Shown: positions 61,092-64,000 of the stretch, in pieces
Position numbering within the stretch: position 1 is the first letter of the stretch
Layout of the letters: each line of letters starts with the position of its first letter
Source of the DNA: Dehalococcoidia bacterium
Lineage (GTDB): Bacteria > Chloroflexota > Dehalococcoidia > Lucifugimonadales > UBA2985
Direction: 5' to 3'
Length of the DNA stretch: 64,000 nucleotides
NCBI GenBank assembly: GCA_965219025.1
Contig: OZ244716.1
Span: forward strand, 102,726 to 166,725
Translations under genes and position numbers: made by a program
Notes under the pieces: generated by a model
The model's input: only the letters and a program-made list of their open reading frames with translations
Told to the model about the DNA's origin: nothing
Databases searched by the model: none

Positions 61092-61626
61092 GGCGGTGGA
61101 GGCGTCCTTCGGCGAGAGGCGGGGCCTCGACCCCGCGGCGACCGGAGACCGCAACTCAATCGTCCTCACCGACCGCCGGCTGCTTCTAGTGCACAGGAAC
61201 GGCCGCCGAAGGGACGTGACCTTCGTGTCGCTCTTGGACGTCGGCCTCGTCGAGGTGAGGCGCACCTCGCGAGGCGTTTCGCCCCTCTGGCGCGTGGTGC
61301 TGCTGCTGGCTGGCGCCGGCGCCGCCCTTGCCACCATAGGCTATCCCCCACTGGAGATGGGGCTTGCCGGGGTGCTGGCCCTGGCCGCACTCTACCACCT
61401 GTACCGCTACGTAGACGTGGCAGAGGAAGGGACAATCCTGCTTCACCTCACCCAGGAACAGGTCTGGCTCCCCTACCAGGGACGGCTGGCCGAGCAGGCC
61501 TACGACTTCGTGAACCGCCTCTTCAGCCTGAGGGAGGCACTGCTCCCGGCACGCCCCGCGACGCAGGAGCCGGCCTACGAGCCATGGGACGAGCCTGGCG
61601 AGTGGGAGTCCGAGTGGCGGTGGTGA
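61048..61626 (+). CDS. Hypothetical membrane protein (PH-like domain interrupted by two TMs)
   Basis: IVLTDRRLLL strand motif, two hydrophobic helices; overlaps the DUF2851 end. Confidence 0.7.
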   Translation: MHRTTDDHLPLSADEAVEASFGERRGLDPAATGDRNSIVLTDRRLLLVHRNGRRRDVTFVSLLDVGLVEVRRTSRGVSPLWRVVLLLAGAGAALATIGYPPLEMGLAGVLALAALYHLYRYVDVAEEGTILLHLTQEQVWLPYQGRLAEQAYDFVNRLFSLREALLPARPATQEPAYEPWDEPGEWESEWRW

Positions 61627-61645
61627 GAGGCCCTGCCGCGTCGCC

Positions 61646-62668
61646 CTAGCCCAGGCGCAGGCTGGGGTACACGTCCATGTCCCACCCGTCGGCGGCGCCG
61701 GGCGAGCTTCTGAAGTAGGCGCAGGATGCGATCATTGCGCCGTTGTCCGTGCAGAGCCGGGGAGACGGAATGAACACGGGCAGAGTCGACTTCTCGCGGA
61801 GCACCTGCCTCAGCATGGCGTTTGCTGCTACGCCTCCTCCCAGCAGCACTCCCCTGGCGCCGAATCGCCGGGCCGCGTCCAGCGTCTTCACCGCCATAAC
61901 CTCCGCAACCGACATCTGGAAGGCTGAGGCCATCTCTCTGACAAGCCTCGCGTCCGGAGGGGCGTCCTCCTGCGGCGGGTAGACACCCTCCCGCCTGGCC
62001 GCGTGGAGAAGGGCCGTTTTGAGTCCGCTGAAGCTGAAGTCGTCCGTGCCCCTCAGCCACGCTCTGGGGAGGGACATCTCGCCCGTGGCGTCGCGGGCGG
62101 CGCGCTGCACCTCTGGGCCGCCCGGAAAGCCGAGGCCCAGGATGCGGGCCGCCTTGTCGAAGGCCTCACCGGCGGCGTCGTCTCGCGTGCGACCCAGGAG
62201 GGTGTAGCGGCCATGGTCCTCCATAAGGAGCAGGTCAGTGTGGCCTCCGGACGCGATGAGACACATCAGCGGGAAGCCGCACTCCGAATCCGGATCGGCA
62301 TCCTCGAGCCAGTTGGCATACACGTGACCCTCCAGGTGGTTGACTCCCATCAGGGGCAGACCCGCGGCCAGTGCCAGCGCCTTGGCGGTGTTCACTCCCA
62401 CCAGCAGAGCGCCGGCCAGGCCCGGGCCGTTCGTAACGGCAACGGCGTCGACGCTCTCCAAGTCGAGGCCGGCACGCCCCAGGGCTTCCTCCAGAACGGG
62501 CACCATCTCCAGCACGTGCTGTCGCGAAGCGACCTCAGGGACCACACCCCCGTAGCGGGCATGAATCTCCACCTGCGAGGCGATGACGTTCGACAGGACG
62601 CGGCGGCCGTCCTCTACAACCGCGATGGCCGTCTCGTCGCAGGACGTCTCTACTCCCAGTACTTTCAC
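61646..62668 (-). CDS. tsaD: tRNA N6-threonylcarbamoyltransferase TsaD
   Basis: GVETSCDET, GGVVPEVASRQH, HLEGH, SGGHT, DDAAGEAFDK, CTDNGAMI. Confidence 0.98.
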   Translation of the reverse strand: MKVLGVETSCDETAIAVVEDGRRVLSNVIASQVEIHARYGGVVPEVASRQHVLEMVPVLEEALGRAGLDLESVDAVAVTNGPGLAGALLVGVNTAKALALAAGLPLMGVNHLEGHVYANWLEDADPDSECGFPLMCLIASGGHTDLLLMEDHGRYTLLGRTRDDAAGEAFDKAARILGLGFPGGPEVQRAARDATGEMSLPRAWLRGTDDFSFSGLKTALLHAARREGVYPPQEDAPPDARLVREMASAFQMSVAEVMAVKTLDAARRFGARGVLLGGGVAANAMLRQVLREKSTLPVFIPSPRLCTDNGAMIASCAYFRSSPGAADGWDMDVYPSLRLG

Positions 62669-62756
62669 GTGTGAGTTCTCGCAAGTCCGCCGGAGCGCGC
62701 AGCCAAGCCGCTCAGGCTTCGTGCGCCTCGATACCGGCTTACCACACGAAGCGCGG

Positions 62757-63125
62757 CTACTCCTCCACCTGCTGGCCGGTGCTGCCCACCTGCGTGAGCG
62801 AGATGTGCGCGAAGGCCGAATCGGGAGTTGCGCCGTGCCAGTGCCTCTCGCCCGCGGGAATGTGAACGATGTCGCCCACGGTTACCACCGCCTCGCCCTC
62901 CTCCGTGGCCACTATCCCTGTGCCCGCGGTGACCAGCAGCACCTGGTCGCAGCTGTGCGTGTGAAGCTTGTTCCTTGCGCCGGGACTGAAACTGACGTTG
63001 CTCATGTTGAAGTACGGCCCCATCTCCTCGGTTACCAGGGGCTGGCGCGAGACCTCACCGCCAATGAACAAGCCTCCACCTTCGACCGGCTCCGCCGGCA
63101 CGTCCTGAAGCCTGACTACCTTCAA
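62757..63125 (-). CDS. Cupin domain protein
   Basis: FSPGARNKLHTH..DQVL, IPAGERHWHGA. Confidence 0.93.
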   Translation of the reverse strand: MKVVRLQDVPAEPVEGGGLFIGGEVSRQPLVTEEMGPYFNMSNVSFSPGARNKLHTHSCDQVLLVTAGTGIVATEEGEAVVTVGDIVHIPAGERHWHGATPDSAFAHISLTQVGSTGQQVEE

Positions 63126-63246
63126 TTCGTCACCTCCGCGAGTGGGATGGAAGCACCACGGCCATCATTGTAGCATCGTGTGGCTGCGGCTGGAAGCGTC
63201 GAGCACGGGCTGGCAAAGCGGGCGAGTTTTGGGTAGGATTTACCTG

Positions 63247-63334
63247 GGAGGGGTGGCCGAGCGGACGATGGCGCCTGTCTTGAAAACAGGTTTACCGAAA
63301 GGTGACGTGGGTTCGAATCCCACCCCCTCCGCCA
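63247..63334 (+). tRNA. tRNA-Ser (TGA)
   Basis: Acceptor GGAGGGG/CCCCTCC, anticodon arm CCTGT-CTTGAAA-ACAGG, long variable arm, T arm GTGGG-TTCGAAT-CCCAC, GCCA end. Confidence 0.96.
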
Positions 63335-63500
63335 CGATTGCTTGTTCCACAGCGTCCAGCGTGTTCTAGTTTAGCCTCATTTACGCCATCTGTAGGCATG
63401 CTTTGCCCCCGTTCTTTGTTCTAATGACGTCTTGCCAAGTCCCCATAGGTTGTTAGAATCTACCTCATCGTGGGGGATAGCATGTGGGATTAGCGGTAAT

Positions 63501-63964
63501 ATGGGAAAGCTGACTGATAGAACGATTCGCAACCTCGAGACCCCCGGCCGGCACACCGACGGTGACACTCTCTACCTGGTCATCTACCCGTCCGGAACCA
63601 AGGCCTGGGTCCAAAGGCTCGTCATCCATGGACTGCGTCACGACCTGGGACTGGGGCCCTATCCTGCTGTGTCCTTGGCCTTAGCCAGAAAGTCGGCTCT
63701 AGAAAACCGTGCACTTGTAAAGTCGGGCGGCAACTCCCTGGCGGTGTAGCGAGAGGCGGAGGCACTGGCCAAGACCCCTCCTTCGAGGCTCTCGCACGGC
63801 GACACATCGCCGAGAACTCCGACTCTTGGAGGAACGCCAAGCACAGGGCCCAGTGGCTCTCTTCACTCGCGACATACGTCTTCCCCTCTCTCGGCGCCAT
63901 GAGGGTTGATGAGATCTCACGCAGGGATGTGATCGAGACCCTCTCCCCTATCTGGACCTCCAAT
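63501..63964 (+). pseudogene. P4-like tyrosine integrase pseudogene
   Basis: MGKLTDRTIR...DGDTLYL...GLGPYPAVSLALAR arm-binding domain; TAG at 63747; frameshift near 63780, then WRNAKHRAQWLSSLATYVFP...PIWTS. Confidence 0.88.
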
Positions 63965-64000
63965 TGTCCTGACCCCGAAAACTGGTCCAGCCGGAGTGTT
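63965..64000. mobile_element. Probable terminal inverted repeat of an IS3-family element inserted in the integrase
   Basis: Integrase similarity stops at TGTCCTGACCCCGAAAACTGGTCCA, a TG-start sequence resembling IS3-family ends; only 36 bp visible. Confidence 0.55.

Overview
High-GC bacterial chromosome segment. Gene content points to Chloroflexota, probably Dehalococcoidia/SAR202-like (inference): a minimal mraZ-rsmH-ftsA-ftsZ cluster without mur genes, a second ftsZ, an F420-dependent Ddn-type reductase, and many class III CoA-transferase paralogs. Core genes include trmD, pepA, dnaN, a caa3-type cytochrome c oxidase operon with ctaG/ctaA/SCO, valS, polX, secA, prs, nadX, tsaD, tRNA-His and tRNA-Ser. 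Accessory or catabolic content: four BbsF/BbsE-like CoA-transferase modules (three fused, one split), an orphan family-5 solute-binding lipoprotein, a metallophosphoesterase-fold protein lacking most metal ligands, a DUF35/thiolase-like pair, two MFS transporters, a Tat sulfite-oxidase-family enzyme, HicAB, and a RelE toxin whose only candidate antitoxin is the tail of an EcsC-like protein. Also present: REP-like palindromes (including a 5 x 92 bp tandem array), an islet flanked by 25-bp direct repeats, and a decayed P4-type integrase at tRNA-Ser cut by a probable IS3-family end. Best candidates for undescribed systems are the EcsC-antitoxin fusion plus RelE, the leaderless XRE regulator plus DUF2851 nuclease-like operon, and the ftsZ2 locus with a Cys-rich ATC-start micro-ORF. 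All family assignments come from motif recognition by eye; no searches were run.
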